IMG/VR virus record: IMGVR_UViG_3300025325_000021
Coordinates: 1-63,068 of that record
Source: a virus
Lineage: Duplodnaviria; Caudoviricetes
Strand: one strand, 5' to 3'
DNA length: 63,068 nt
Under the pieces are notes generated by a model. That model was not told the origin of the DNA, did not search any database, and was given only the letters and a program-made list of their open reading frames with translations. Each line of letters starts with the position of its first letter. The stretch's first letter is position 1. Position numbers and translations under genes: made by a program. Below, in pieces: positions 52,025-61,140 of this stretch.

Positions 52025-54958
52025 TTAACTCCCTGCATAGAATGCCGAAGTGGTAGATGAGCGACGCCGCCACTCGGTCAGCCTGGTCAGTACCATCTCA
52101 GCGATAGATCGTTCATCCGCGCCGTTCGGAGCAACGATAATAATATCGCCGACATCCAGGATATCCACGCGCCCCGCGCCTGCGCCAGGCAGTCCGGTGA
52201 CGTCAGCAGCGTTGGCTTGAGAGATCGCGTCCCTGCCCGATACAGGTATGACGTACCCGGGCCGGTCAAAAACGACCGTCTCGTCACGGTGTACCTTGTA
52301 TGGGATACCAGGAGCAACCGGGCCGCCGGTCTGCCTTCCGGGGACTTGCCCCTCGACGTACACCACGTTTACGGTCACAGTCCGTGTCGTCGGGATGTTA
52401 TTAATGGCCGCCGTCACATTGTTGACCGCCGTCTGCGCCGCTCCTGCGCTTGTTTCGATGCCGGACATCATTGATTCGACTTTCGGCTTTGCAACTTCCG
52501 CAGCAGTGCCGACAGTATCGACTTTTGCCTTGAGTTCATCCACGGAAGCGTCAACAGTATCGGGCACTCCGGGGAGAGCAGAGAGCTTCTCCGCTACACC
52601 AGTGATAGAAGTCTCCACCTCGCCCGCTTTACCGATGGTGTCGCCCATGTCAGTGAGAATCGCATCAAAATTCGCCTCGGGGAGCGTCCAGACGTCGTAC
52701 GCCTCTGCTTTCTGACTTAACAGATCGAATGCGCCGGCGATGTTCTCAACAGTCGTGGGAATGCCAAGGCGCTCCATAGCCTCCACAACCTTATTCAGTT
52801 CGTCCAGCTTACCTGCCGCCAGCCCGATCAAGGTCGGGTCGATGGGCAAACTGAGCGCCTGCAACCCGCTCACCGTCTCGTGGAGATTCAGGACAGAATC
52901 GACGTACTTCTGATTGGAGATCGCGCCAGCGTCACGCATCCGGTTGAGCTGTTCGATTATCGCGGCGATGTTGTAATCGGCTTCGGAGATCAGTCCCATT
53001 GCCCGAGCAAGCTGGAGGGCGTATTCGGCGTCCAGGTCTGCCGAGGCCTGCTGGTAAATCATCTGTGCAGTCGCCTCTGCTAAGGCTTCCGCAGCCTCCC
53101 GTTCATCATCCGCCAGCCCGGCGATCTGTTCGCGCAGCTCCTTTGCCTTCTCGGAGTTCTTCCCGTAACGGCGCTCAGTCTTCTTGAGCTTGTCCAGCAG
53201 TTCGTCTTTCTTCTCCAACAGGTCTGCAACGGTTTCGGTGTACTGCTCCGTCGCTTTAGCGAGTTCACCGCGCAGCCCTGCAGCCAGACCTGCTTGAACC
53301 TGGGCGACGTGGTCCATCCGATCTGCTACGTTCGTCAGAGTGCGTACCCGTTCGCCCTCGATCTCCACTGCGTCACGGCTCGTCTGATTGCCGAGCTTGG
53401 TTTGCATTGTATTCTTTCGTTGTGCGGCCTCGAAGGTAGCGCTTGCCTGGGTCAACTGTTGATGTAAGATAATGTTCTTGTTACGCTGATCGGCGAGCAA
53501 TTTTTCGACATCCAGGTTTTCAAGTTCGGACTGAGTGAGCTTCTTGACCTCGTCGTTAATAATGGTTATTCCTGCTGAACCTGATCGTCCGCCTCCTCGA
53601 ACGCCCGGACGAATGACACCCTGTTCAGTCAGTTTGAATCCGCCCTCCTGAGCCTTATTAGCTTCATCAATTGCAGCAGCGTACTCCTCGTACGACTTTG
53701 CCGTTTCCCGCGCCTGCAACTCCGCTGCTTTGAGGGCATTCGTTGCTTCCATGTTGCGCTGACTTTGCGCAATCCAAAGCGCGCCAAGAGCGACTATCAC
53801 CGCCGCAAGGACTGTTATCCCGGCAAACAACGCTCCTGCGGCAATTGTTGTCGCCCCCAAAGTCAATGTCAGTCCCTGTAATCCTGCAATGACCTTAGGG
53901 AGCAGGGCGACCATGCCCAGCAAAGTAGCCTCCACAGCAGAGAAGGCAGTGATCACGCCCAGCGTCCCGGAGACGATGTTCTGCTGCTCCGTGTCTAGCT
54001 TCTCCCACCATTCCAGCGATTCGGTGACCGAGGCGATGACAGCGGCGAAGGCAGGAAGCCACATCTCGCCGAGCATACGGCGTGATTCCTCCAGGTGACG
54101 ATCCAGGGAGAGCAGCTGCTTTCCTGCAGTTGACATCGCTGCCTCGTATGAGCCGGCGATGTTCTTCCCGGCTTCCAAAACCACATTGACGCGGGCCTGG
54201 ACGCGCTCCTGGTCGGTCAGGGCATCTGTGTTCTTGCCGAGCGTCTCCGCCATCTTGGAGTAGGCATCCTCGAATAGAACCTGGATACCGAGGGTGCGTA
54301 ACATGCGCACATTACCACTGGAGATAGCGTAAACCAGGGTGTTGAACGCCTCCGAGGAGTTCATGTTGGCGATAACCGCCGCGTCCTGAGCGATACGGGC
54401 TAACTGCGTAGCATGGGCAAGGTCGATCTCCGCCTGGATCATCAAGGCGATTGACTGACGGGCTGCCTGCGTGGTAATGCCCTTCTTCTTGATCGCCTCT
54501 TCCAAGCCACGGACTTGAACCTCAGTCATGCCAACGTTCTGCCCGAGGCGGGCAGTGACTACCCCGAGCGTCTCCACCCTGGCTGCCAGGCGGATCGAGG
54601 AGCCGAGCAGGACGCCTCCAGCCGCGGCGACCGCGCCAAAACCAACCGCCAGCTTGGTCGCGGTCGAGGAAAGCGCTTCCATCTCTTTACGCTGTTCTTC
54701 GTACTTCTGCCTTGCCAGGTTGGAGGCCAGCTCCATCCGCTTCGACATATCCTCGAACGCTCTTGCCTGGGCATCCGCAGACTTCTTGACGTCTGCCCCT
54801 GTCTGCGCGGATACCGTCCTGACCTTACCTGAGGCATCAACGATCAGTTGGGCGCTCTTGTCGAATCCCTTCCCGAGGCCATCGACGCTCTGCAAGACCG
54901 CCTCGAAGCCTTCGGAGATAGCTTTTACGATCATTTCGACGGAAAGTTGTTCAGCCAA
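52025..54958 (-). CDS. Tape measure protein
   Basis: 977 aa, Ala-rich and helical with a central hydrophobic stretch; follows the tail chaperones. Confidence 0.9.
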   Translation of the reverse strand: MAEQLSVEMIVKAISEGFEAVLQSVDGLGKGFDKSAQLIVDASGKVRTVSAQTGADVKKSADAQARAFEDMSKRMELASNLARQKYEEQRKEMEALSSTATKLAVGFGAVAAAGGVLLGSSIRLAARVETLGVVTARLGQNVGMTEVQVRGLEEAIKKKGITTQAARQSIALMIQAEIDLAHATQLARIAQDAAVIANMNSSEAFNTLVYAISSGNVRMLRTLGIQVLFEDAYSKMAETLGKNTDALTDQERVQARVNVVLEAGKNIAGSYEAAMSTAGKQLLSLDRHLEESRRMLGEMWLPAFAAVIASVTESLEWWEKLDTEQQNIVSGTLGVITAFSAVEATLLGMVALLPKVIAGLQGLTLTLGATTIAAGALFAGITVLAAVIVALGALWIAQSQRNMEATNALKAAELQARETAKSYEEYAAAIDEANKAQEGGFKLTEQGVIRPGVRGGGRSGSAGITIINDEVKKLTQSELENLDVEKLLADQRNKNIILHQQLTQASATFEAAQRKNTMQTKLGNQTSRDAVEIEGERVRTLTNVADRMDHVAQVQAGLAAGLRGELAKATEQYTETVADLLEKKDELLDKLKKTERRYGKNSEKAKELREQIAGLADDEREAAEALAEATAQMIYQQASADLDAEYALQLARAMGLISEADYNIAAIIEQLNRMRDAGAISNQKYVDSVLNLHETVSGLQALSLPIDPTLIGLAAGKLDELNKVVEAMERLGIPTTVENIAGAFDLLSQKAEAYDVWTLPEANFDAILTDMGDTIGKAGEVETSITGVAEKLSALPGVPDTVDASVDELKAKVDTVGTAAEVAKPKVESMMSGIETSAGAAQTAVNNVTAAINNIPTTRTVTVNVVYVEGQVPGRQTGGPVAPGIPYKVHRDETVVFDRPGYVIPVSGRDAISQANAADVTGLPGAGAGRVDILDVGDIIIVAPNGADERSIAEMVLTRLTEWRRRSSTTSAFYAGS

Positions 54959-55295
54959 GTGCCAGTTCCTTCTCAGCCCAGGTTATGAAATCGAGCTGAG
55001 TCCGGGAGAACTTCGACCAGTTGAAATTCTCCTGCCTGTAATTGCGCCAAGTGCTTTCAGCAAAAGAGAGCACCGCGAACGTCACCAGCAAGGGGAGCGG
55101 TTGATCTTCCCAACCTCCCGAGCGCGGCATTGTCCCGTAATCCACGTAGCCGCGCCACATCTGGATGACGGGATGGATGCGCATGACCACGTCATCGCCC
55201 GAAGTCAGCCAGCCCGACGCCCGCTCCCTGTCCTCGTCATCCTCGTCGGTGTCCGCGTCTAGCCAGCGGGGGACGGCGAGGACAAGGCTTTTGGG
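54951..55295 (-). CDS. Tail assembly chaperone GT part (-1 frameshift extension)
   Basis: The -1 frame reads PKSLVLAVPRWLD... from the slippery site to the tape measure start. Confidence 0.7.
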   Translation of the reverse strand, partial: PKSLVLAVPRWLDADTDEDDEDRERASGWLTSGDDVVMRIHPVIQMWRGYVDYGTMPRSGGWEDQPLPLLVTFAVLSFAESTWRNYRQENFNWSKFSRTQLDFITWAEKELALG

Positions 55296-55585
55296 ATCGC
55301 GTAGCAGAGGTTGTAATCCCCGATCGTCACGCTGTTGACCCATGCGATCAGGCGCAGGTCGATCTGCGTGAAGTCCCACTTCTCCGGGTTGCCGTTCAGA
55401 CCGGGGAGGTGCCAATCCTCGAGTACCGCCAGCGAGGCGGCAAATGTCATCAGGGTCGGGCCAAACTCCTCTGCTTTGCGGACCGCCTCGTCATGGCGCT
55501 GAGCGTGCGCGCCAAACCAGGCGTCGGGGAGATCGATCCAGGCTTCCGAAAATTCCGGCCACGGGCAGGGAATGCGTCTTGCCAT
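55259..55585 (-). CDS. Tail assembly chaperone G
   Basis: Between tail tube and tape measure genes; 'LEDWHLPGLNG'. Confidence 0.7.
   Translation of the reverse strand: MARRIPCPWPEFSEAWIDLPDAWFGAHAQRHDEAVRKAEEFGPTLMTFAASLAVLEDWHLPGLNGNPEKWDFTQIDLRLIAWVNSVTIGDYNLCYAIPKALSSPSPAG
55289..55295 (-). promoter_or_regulatory. Programmed -1 frameshift slippery heptamer C CCA AAA
   Basis: In-frame ATC CCA AAA GCC gives X XXY YYZ. Confidence 0.7.
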
Positions 55586-55603
55586 CCATGTCCCTGCTTT
55601 CTC

Positions 55604-56056
55604 TTAAGTGACCGTACCGAATGCCGGATCGGGGTTGCCCGAGGCGGGTTGCCAGTTGACGTCCATGACCATCTTGCCCCCGTCGGGGACGATGTTCATT
55701 GACAGCAGCACGTACTCGCCCTCCCACTCCGGGTCGCCGGTCACTGGAGCTGCCCCGTTCTGGCCCCATTGGAGGGTCAGCGTTCCGATTTTACCGATCT
55801 GCCCGGACAGGACAGTAAAAGCGCCGGTCGCAGCGGTGTCGTTAAGGTGAAATCGACCAGAAACCGGAGAGGTCGAGTAACCGCCCAGGTATTTGCGGAC
55901 GGAGTCCGAAACGCCTGTCATGTCAACTTCTTCCAGGTTCTTGCCGCCTCCGCTCACGCTTCCGGGGATCAGGTCTGCGGTCAGGTCCCGCGCCGTTGCA
56001 CCGGTGTCGTCGAAGAGGATCCTAAAGCCGCGTTCGATTTTGTTTTTTCCTGCCAT
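55604..56056 (-). CDS. Major tail tube protein
   Basis: 150 aa; 'EEVDMTGVSDSVRKYLGG', 'PEWEGEYVL'; precedes the chaperones. Confidence 0.75.
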   Translation of the reverse strand: MAGKNKIERGFRILFDDTGATARDLTADLIPGSVSGGGKNLEEVDMTGVSDSVRKYLGGYSTSPVSGRFHLNDTAATGAFTVLSGQIGKIGTLTLQWGQNGAAPVTGDPEWEGEYVLLSMNIVPDGGKMVMDVNWQPASGNPDPAFGTVT

Positions 56057-56075
56057 TTTTCAAGCCTCCTAGTTT

Positions 56076-56819
56076 TTAGTTCCTGGCGAATGAAACGACG
56101 GGTGTAACAGTCCCGCTAGTCCTTGTCGCCTCGAAGCGCACATATTGGTTGACCGTGCCAGTTCCACCGATATGCTCGCTGCCTATTACTGATCCATTCA
56201 GGACGAATGTGCCCAGGTCAGCCCATACACTGTTGTCAACGCTATGGCGCACCTTGAACACCCACGTCCCGCCGGATGAGGCGATCACCTGCAAGATCGC
56301 GTGCCAGCCGTTGGTTGAGGCTGCGCCGTTGTTGATGCTGGGTGCCAGCGTCGTCGCTGACAGACTCGTTTCACCGTGGAGCACATAACCGAGCGGATTA
56401 TCCGCATTGGCGACCGCGGAGTCGATCCGGAAATCGGCGTTGATCAGCCCGGCCTGAGCATCCCATGAGATATTGGACGTCATCTGCTGCGCCGCCATCA
56501 TGTAGGATGGGTCGCCGTTCTCCGGCTCTGCATCGCCGCCGAAGTTGATCATCACCTCCATACCTGCTTGAGGGTTGTTCAGGCGGGGGTAAGACCCACT
56601 TGCAGCGGTGTCATTGAAGAAAGCCTGGAATCCACTGATCGCCGCGTCGATGCGCCTGTCCGAGAGCAGTTGACGGATGGTGTTCGACCAACCGGTCATG
56701 TCCACCTCGCCCAGACTGACACCGAGCGAGCTAAACGTCCGGGCGTCGCCGGAGATGTTGTACCCATCCACGTACAAACGCATAAAGCGCATAAGTTTAT
56801 TCTTGCCCGGGTTCGCCAT
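56076..56819 (-). CDS. Second tail-tube-like protein with an extra C-terminal beta domain
   Basis: Shares 'GKNK..R', 'D.TAD/SGD' and 'EVDMTG' with 55604..56056. Confidence 0.65.
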   Translation of the reverse strand: MANPGKNKLMRFMRLYVDGYNISGDARTFSSLGVSLGEVDMTGWSNTIRQLLSDRRIDAAISGFQAFFNDTAASGSYPRLNNPQAGMEVMINFGGDAEPENGDPSYMMAAQQMTSNISWDAQAGLINADFRIDSAVANADNPLGYVLHGETSLSATTLAPSINNGAASTNGWHAILQVIASSGGTWVFKVRHSVDNSVWADLGTFVLNGSVIGSEHIGGTGTVNQYVRFEATRTSGTVTPVVSFARN

Positions 56820-56991
56820 TTTCTGTCACCTCCTCTGTATAGGGTGCAAGGACGCCGATCTCCAGGAAGTTTGCCGTCACTTCCGCGGAAAACTCCTTCC
56901 CCGAGACGACCTCGCCGACCTCGTAATCCCTGCGCTTCGGTTTGTCCCTGGTTATAGGGATCAAGACTTTGTACTTGTCAATTTTTGCCAA
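56797..56991 (-). CDS. Small hypothetical protein
   Basis: GGAGG RBS; position between tail terminator and tube genes. Confidence 0.55.
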   Translation of the reverse strand: MAKIDKYKVLIPITRDKPKRRDYEVGEVVSGKEFSAEVTANFLEIGVLAPYTEEVTENGEPGQE

Positions 56992-57001
56992 GCCGCACCT
57001 C

Positions 57002-57475
57002 CTAATATTGTTCGATCTCCAGCCCGATAAACTGCGCCACGTAGTCAGGGATAGCGTCGGGCTGATTGTCCGGGTCCACGTTGGGCGGATAGATGTACCC
57101 GATGTCCGAGATAGAAAAAATGCGGGTAACGTTCACCCCGTCCAGCCCGCCCAGTGAACGGTTCGTGCCCTCTTCGTTGAACTTGTCAATGATCTGTTGG
57201 CGGTAATCCCTGAACTCGTCATAAGCTGCCTTCCAGTCCGCGTTCGCCAGGGCGACGATCAACCAGAGACGGAGCGTGTATCCCGTTGTCGCCGTAACCG
57301 TTACCTGGGTGCTGTTGAAATCGTCGGCATTGACGATCAGCACGAATGGCGCATCGACCATTGGCCTGTCCAGGATCGACCAGTCATTGACGACAACCGA
57401 GATGGGCTGTAATCCTTCGATCCCCTGGAGAACCGTCTGCGCCCCTTCTTGCAATTGAAGCTCTGTTGCCGCCAT
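57002..57475 (-). CDS. Putative tail terminator
   Basis: Position and size (157 aa, acidic). Confidence 0.55.
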   Translation of the reverse strand: MAATELQLQEGAQTVLQGIEGLQPISVVVNDWSILDRPMVDAPFVLIVNADDFNSTQVTVTATTGYTLRLWLIVALANADWKAAYDEFRDYRQQIIDKFNEEGTNRSLGGLDGVNVTRIFSISDIGYIYPPNVDPDNQPDAIPDYVAQFIGLEIEQY

Positions 57476-57477
57476 CT

Positions 57478-58014
57478 TCAAGACCCTTTCAAGTCGATCA
57501 CGAATTGCGAGGCCAGTTTGCGCAGCGTCGCCACTGCGCCGGGTCGCCATTTACGCTGCGCCCTAGCCAAGTAGTCATTGGGCTTCGTCCCTGGGTGCCA
57601 AACGAAACCTTTGCCGACCCACAGCACGTTGCCGGAAACATGCGTCTTGAACCCGCCGCCCTTGGGAACCACGACCTGCATACCGATCTTCGGCCAAAAA
57701 AATGCCAGCGCGCCGGCTTGCCGCGCCGCAATCGAGTGGGGCCGGGTCCCGAAGCGGATAAAACGGGAGAGCGGCTGGGGAGCGTACAGTCGCATCTCCA
57801 CTGCGCTGCCGACATCGTAGGTGCGATAAAAATGCTTCTTGGCAAATGTCCCCGATCCGGGCGCTTCTTCGCGGACGTACTGCACCAATTCCCTGCCCAC
57901 CTCGCGAGCTGTCTCCCGGCGTCGCTCCGCCTGCTTGGCATTTGCCGACCGGAATTTGCGCCCGATCTGTTGAAACGGGGGACGGATAGTCAGCGTCAGG
58001 GAAATCTTGGTCAT
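57478..58014 (-). CDS. HK97 gp10-like tail completion protein
   Basis: 'FIRFGTRPHSI', 'VWHPGTKPNDYLARA'. Confidence 0.7.
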   Translation of the reverse strand: MTKISLTLTIRPPFQQIGRKFRSANAKQAERRRETAREVGRELVQYVREEAPGSGTFAKKHFYRTYDVGSAVEMRLYAPQPLSRFIRFGTRPHSIAARQAGALAFFWPKIGMQVVVPKGGGFKTHVSGNVLWVGKGFVWHPGTKPNDYLARAQRKWRPGAVATLRKLASQFVIDLKGS

Positions 58015-58835
58015 GTGTCCCAGTCCTGGTAACGCTCGTTGAAAGCCTCGCGTTGAAACAGCGGAGGGACTTCATCCCCGCTGGCATCCGTCTTGCGGTA
58101 ACCGATCTCCGAGCCTATTGACTGCGAGCGCGCTGCGCCGAGGCGTTCCAGCCCGAGGTAGAACGTCTGGATAAAAGCCCTCGCATCCTCGTTGAGCAGC
58201 TCCCAGCGTGATTTTGACCGCTTCCCAGTTGGGCCAAAGCGACCGCTGCCGTTCACCCCTTCGACCATCGAGGCGATCTCCTGCTCGACAAATGCCTTCA
58301 CCGCTGCCACTGCGTCAGTGTCAGTCAAGGGGATCGTAAACCCTTCTGAGGCCAGCATAGCGTTGAGGATGGCGCTCACCTGGTCGATCCAGGCGACCAG
58401 TTGTTTAAGCGAAGGACGGGTGGTGTCATCGAATGAGCCGGACTTGTTGGCGTAACGGGGCACGTAAGCTGCTACACCTATTGCACTGCCGTAAGAGTTC
58501 ACCCCAACCGCGTAAGTCGCCGGGATGATGGGAAGAACTTCCACCTGGACGATCCCGTACGCCGCCGACCCACCGATAGTCACACTGGCGACCAGGCGAT
58601 AGGAATCCGCCGCGGTTGGGGTGAATTTCTGCATCGTCACGATGTCGCCAGAAATAGTATTGCTCCCGGAAAGCATCGCTGATGCACTATCCCCGTTGCT
58701 CTTGTAAGCCAGAGTAGTGCCCGCAGAGTCAGGCGTGCCGAGTTTGGTAAAGTTCACGCTGAACGGGCGCGCTTCGCCGAAGGCAAGCGTCTTCGGTGAT
58801 TCAAACACGAACAGTTCTTTTGGCAAAGTCGTCAT
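58011..58835 (-). CDS. Head-tail adaptor with an N-terminal Ig-like extension
   Basis: 'SYGS..GVAAY...TRPS..QLVAWIDQVSAILNAMLASEGFTIPL' (Mu gp36-like pattern). Confidence 0.6.
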   Translation of the reverse strand: MTTLPKELFVFESPKTLAFGEARPFSVNFTKLGTPDSAGTTLAYKSNGDSASAMLSGSNTISGDIVTMQKFTPTAADSYRLVASVTIGGSAAYGIVQVEVLPIIPATYAVGVNSYGSAIGVAAYVPRYANKSGSFDDTTRPSLKQLVAWIDQVSAILNAMLASEGFTIPLTDTDAVAAVKAFVEQEIASMVEGVNGSGRFGPTGKRSKSRWELLNEDARAFIQTFYLGLERLGAARSQSIGSEIGYRKTDASGDEVPPLFQREAFNERYQDWDT

Positions 58836-60805
58836 CGGGTTCTCACATTCGTATCGTCATCCCTGGATACGCTGCTGTCAAAGGAACGCTCCGCGCCGGC
58901 TTTTGCCTGCGAACCGGAAGGACGCGCGCCTGCATGCACCAGCCATAGAATATCTGCCGGGGTCTGAAAAGTTTGCCATCCATCGTACATGTAAACCACA
59001 TCGTACACCTCGTTGATGATCGGGAATTCAGGCAGGGGTTGAAAGTCCTCAACCGCTGCGTCTGCCGATAGCGGCCCGATCTGCCAGCCGTCAAATGTAT
59101 GCCCCGCAAAAGCATCGAACGAATCGTCGGTCGGGGGCAGTTCAGGGAGATGGTAAGGTTCGACGACATCGCCGGGGAGCAACCAGGTCTGCCAGCCCTG
59201 GAAATCATGCAGCCACGTCCCGTCGTAGCTCTGGTCAACCTGCGGCAGTTCAGGAAGCGCCTGAAAGTCCTGGACGTCCGCCGAAATTTGCCATGTCTGC
59301 CAACCGGCAAAATCATATTGCCACGTCCCGTCGTAGCTTTCATCGACCTGCGTCAGTTCAGGAAGATGATATGGCTCAGCGATGTCACCCGGTATCTGCC
59401 ATGCCTGCCAGCCGGAGTAGTCTGCTTCCTGCTCCGGCTGGAATTCGGGCAGGCTGGAGACGGGCGGCTGAACTGCTACATCGGCGGGCGTCTGCCACGT
59501 TTGCCAGCCGTCAAACGTATGTCCCTGGGCGGCGTCGAACGTCCCGTCAACTTCGGGCAGTTCAGCGAGCGACTGAAAGTCCTGGACTTCGGCGTCTGCG
59601 GAGAGCGGCCCGGCCTGGACGCCCTGGAAGTCATGCCCCTGGCTCTCGTCAAATACCTCGTCAGTTGGCGGCAGTTCGGGGAGAGCCTGGAAGTCCTCCA
59701 CCATCTGAGCGGGCTGCTGCCAGCCGGTGAAGTCATGTTCCGCCGTTTCGTCATAGACCTCGTCGATGATCGGCGTCTCAGGGAGATGGTAAGGTTCAAC
59801 GATGTCTGCCGGTGTTTGCCACGCTGCCCAACCTGCGAAGTCATGGGCGTGGTCAATATCGTATCCCTGGTCGATTGCGGGCGCTTCGGGCTGTGGGAGT
59901 TGAGGTTCCGCCGCGGCCTCCTCGAACTGCCGCTCCTGCCAACCGCCGTAGCTCTCCAGGTCAAAGGGGAGATCATAGCTCTCGTCAACCTGGGGAAACT
60001 CACGGGGAGCCTGGAAGTCTACCGAAGCCGGGACCTGAAGCCAGGCCCATGACACGGATACTGCCGTCCCCTCCACGGGGGATGACTGCTGGCCCTCGTA
60101 ATATTGTGGATGGTAAGGTTCAAATGCCCCGTCAATCTCGGGCAGCTCTGGCGCGGGCTGCTCGGTCGGAGGCAGAACGTCAGCGGCGAGCGGTGCTGCC
60201 TGGTACCCCCGGAAATCATGGCCCAGCGCGGCGTCGAAGTGCTCGTCGATCTCCGGCAGCGTCCTGCCCCGCGCCATCGGACTAGGCACGTCAGCGGTAA
60301 TTGCCGGGATGCTCGTGTAGCTGTTCAGGACAGTGCTCGGCGAGAGGATCACCCGCAGGTTGACCGTCTGCCCATTGCTGACCTGCGAACTGTCGATCTG
60401 TAGCGTGATCTCGATCTCGGTGTTGCCGTTTGCGGGGACGGTGATGCTCCCAGATGTTGGCAGCGTGTTATCGAGATCGTCGCCTACGCCAGCCTGGAAC
60501 GTGCCGGTGCCGTCGAGGAGCTTGCTGGTAGCGTCATCGTCCGCGAAGTTGCCGCTGCCCACTACCTTGACCGCGCTGCCCGTGGTGACATCCAGGTAGC
60601 CGCCTCCGGCTACCTGGTACTGCACCTTGAACGTCTGGGCGGCAGCCTTATTGTTCGATTCCTGGACGACGAAACGCACCCGAAAATTGACGTCGGCGAG
60701 CTGCGTCCAGTTGGCGTTGAGGGCATGGGTGAACGTCGCGCTGTTCAGTGCGACATCGTCATTCCGGCCGCGAAACGACTTCTGGTCGTAGATCGGACTG
60801 GTCAC
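58832..60805 (-). CDS. Repeat-containing putative virion protein B
   Basis: Beta-rich N-terminal domain (~175 aa), then about 12 acidic ~36-aa repeats. Confidence 0.8.
   Translation of the reverse strand: MTSPIYDQKSFRGRNDDVALNSATFTHALNANWTQLADVNFRVRFVVQESNNKAAAQTFKVQYQVAGGGYLDVTTGSAVKVVGSGNFADDDATSKLLDGTGTFQAGVGDDLDNTLPTSGSITVPANGNTEIEITLQIDSSQVSNGQTVNLRVILSPSTVLNSYTSIPAITADVPSPMARGRTLPEIDEHFDAALGHDFRGYQAAPLAADVLPPTEQPAPELPEIDGAFEPYHPQYYEGQQSSPVEGTAVSVSWAWLQVPASVDFQAPREFPQVDESYDLPFDLESYGGWQERQFEEAAAEPQLPQPEAPAIDQGYDIDHAHDFAGWAAWQTPADIVEPYHLPETPIIDEVYDETAEHDFTGWQQPAQMVEDFQALPELPPTDEVFDESQGHDFQGVQAGPLSADAEVQDFQSLAELPEVDGTFDAAQGHTFDGWQTWQTPADVAVQPPVSSLPEFQPEQEADYSGWQAWQIPGDIAEPYHLPELTQVDESYDGTWQYDFAGWQTWQISADVQDFQALPELPQVDQSYDGTWLHDFQGWQTWLLPGDVVEPYHLPELPPTDDSFDAFAGHTFDGWQIGPLSADAAVEDFQPLPEFPIINEVYDVVYMYDGWQTFQTPADILWLVHAGARPSGSQAKAGAERSFDSSVSRDDDTNVRTR
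58950..60265 (-). repeat. About 12 degenerate ~108-bp coding repeats
   Basis: Consensus about (V)QDFQxLPELPxVDESYDxxxGHDFxGWQxWQxPxD. Confidence 0.85.
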
Positions 60806-61140
60806 TGCCGTTCTCCGGGCCTGTATGCCGAGCGCGGCGGAAAATCGGGATCTGCCTCTGCTAGATTGTTAATGTGCCGGTACTGCTCGTTGGGGATGGT
60901 GCGCCCAAATTTTACGGTCCGCGCGCCGGGTCGGATCAGGTAATCGAATAGCCCAAAAATATCCACGCCGCGCCAGGTTTCGCCATCCCAGACGTAGTAG
61001 TCAGAGCCAGACTGGTTGTAACGCCCGGTCTGAGGATCAACCTGGACGATTACCTGCACGTCCAGAGCGGGGGCGTCAAACGGCGAACCGTCCCGGTCGG
61101 AGTAGCACGATCCGTCGCCGTACCAGATGCGCCACCTCAC
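60802..61140 (-). CDS. Hypothetical protein
   Basis: Coupled on both sides; 'WRIWYGDGS', 'DYYVWDGETWRGVDIFGLFDYL'. Confidence 0.7.
   Translation of the reverse strand: MRWRIWYGDGSCYSDRDGSPFDAPALDVQVIVQVDPQTGRYNQSGSDYYVWDGETWRGVDIFGLFDYLIRPGARTVKFGRTIPNEQYRHINNLAEADPDFPPRSAYRPGERQ

Noticed and set aside
59099-60052. 317-aa plus-strand repetitive ORF
   Set aside because: It is the antisense shadow of repeat protein B.
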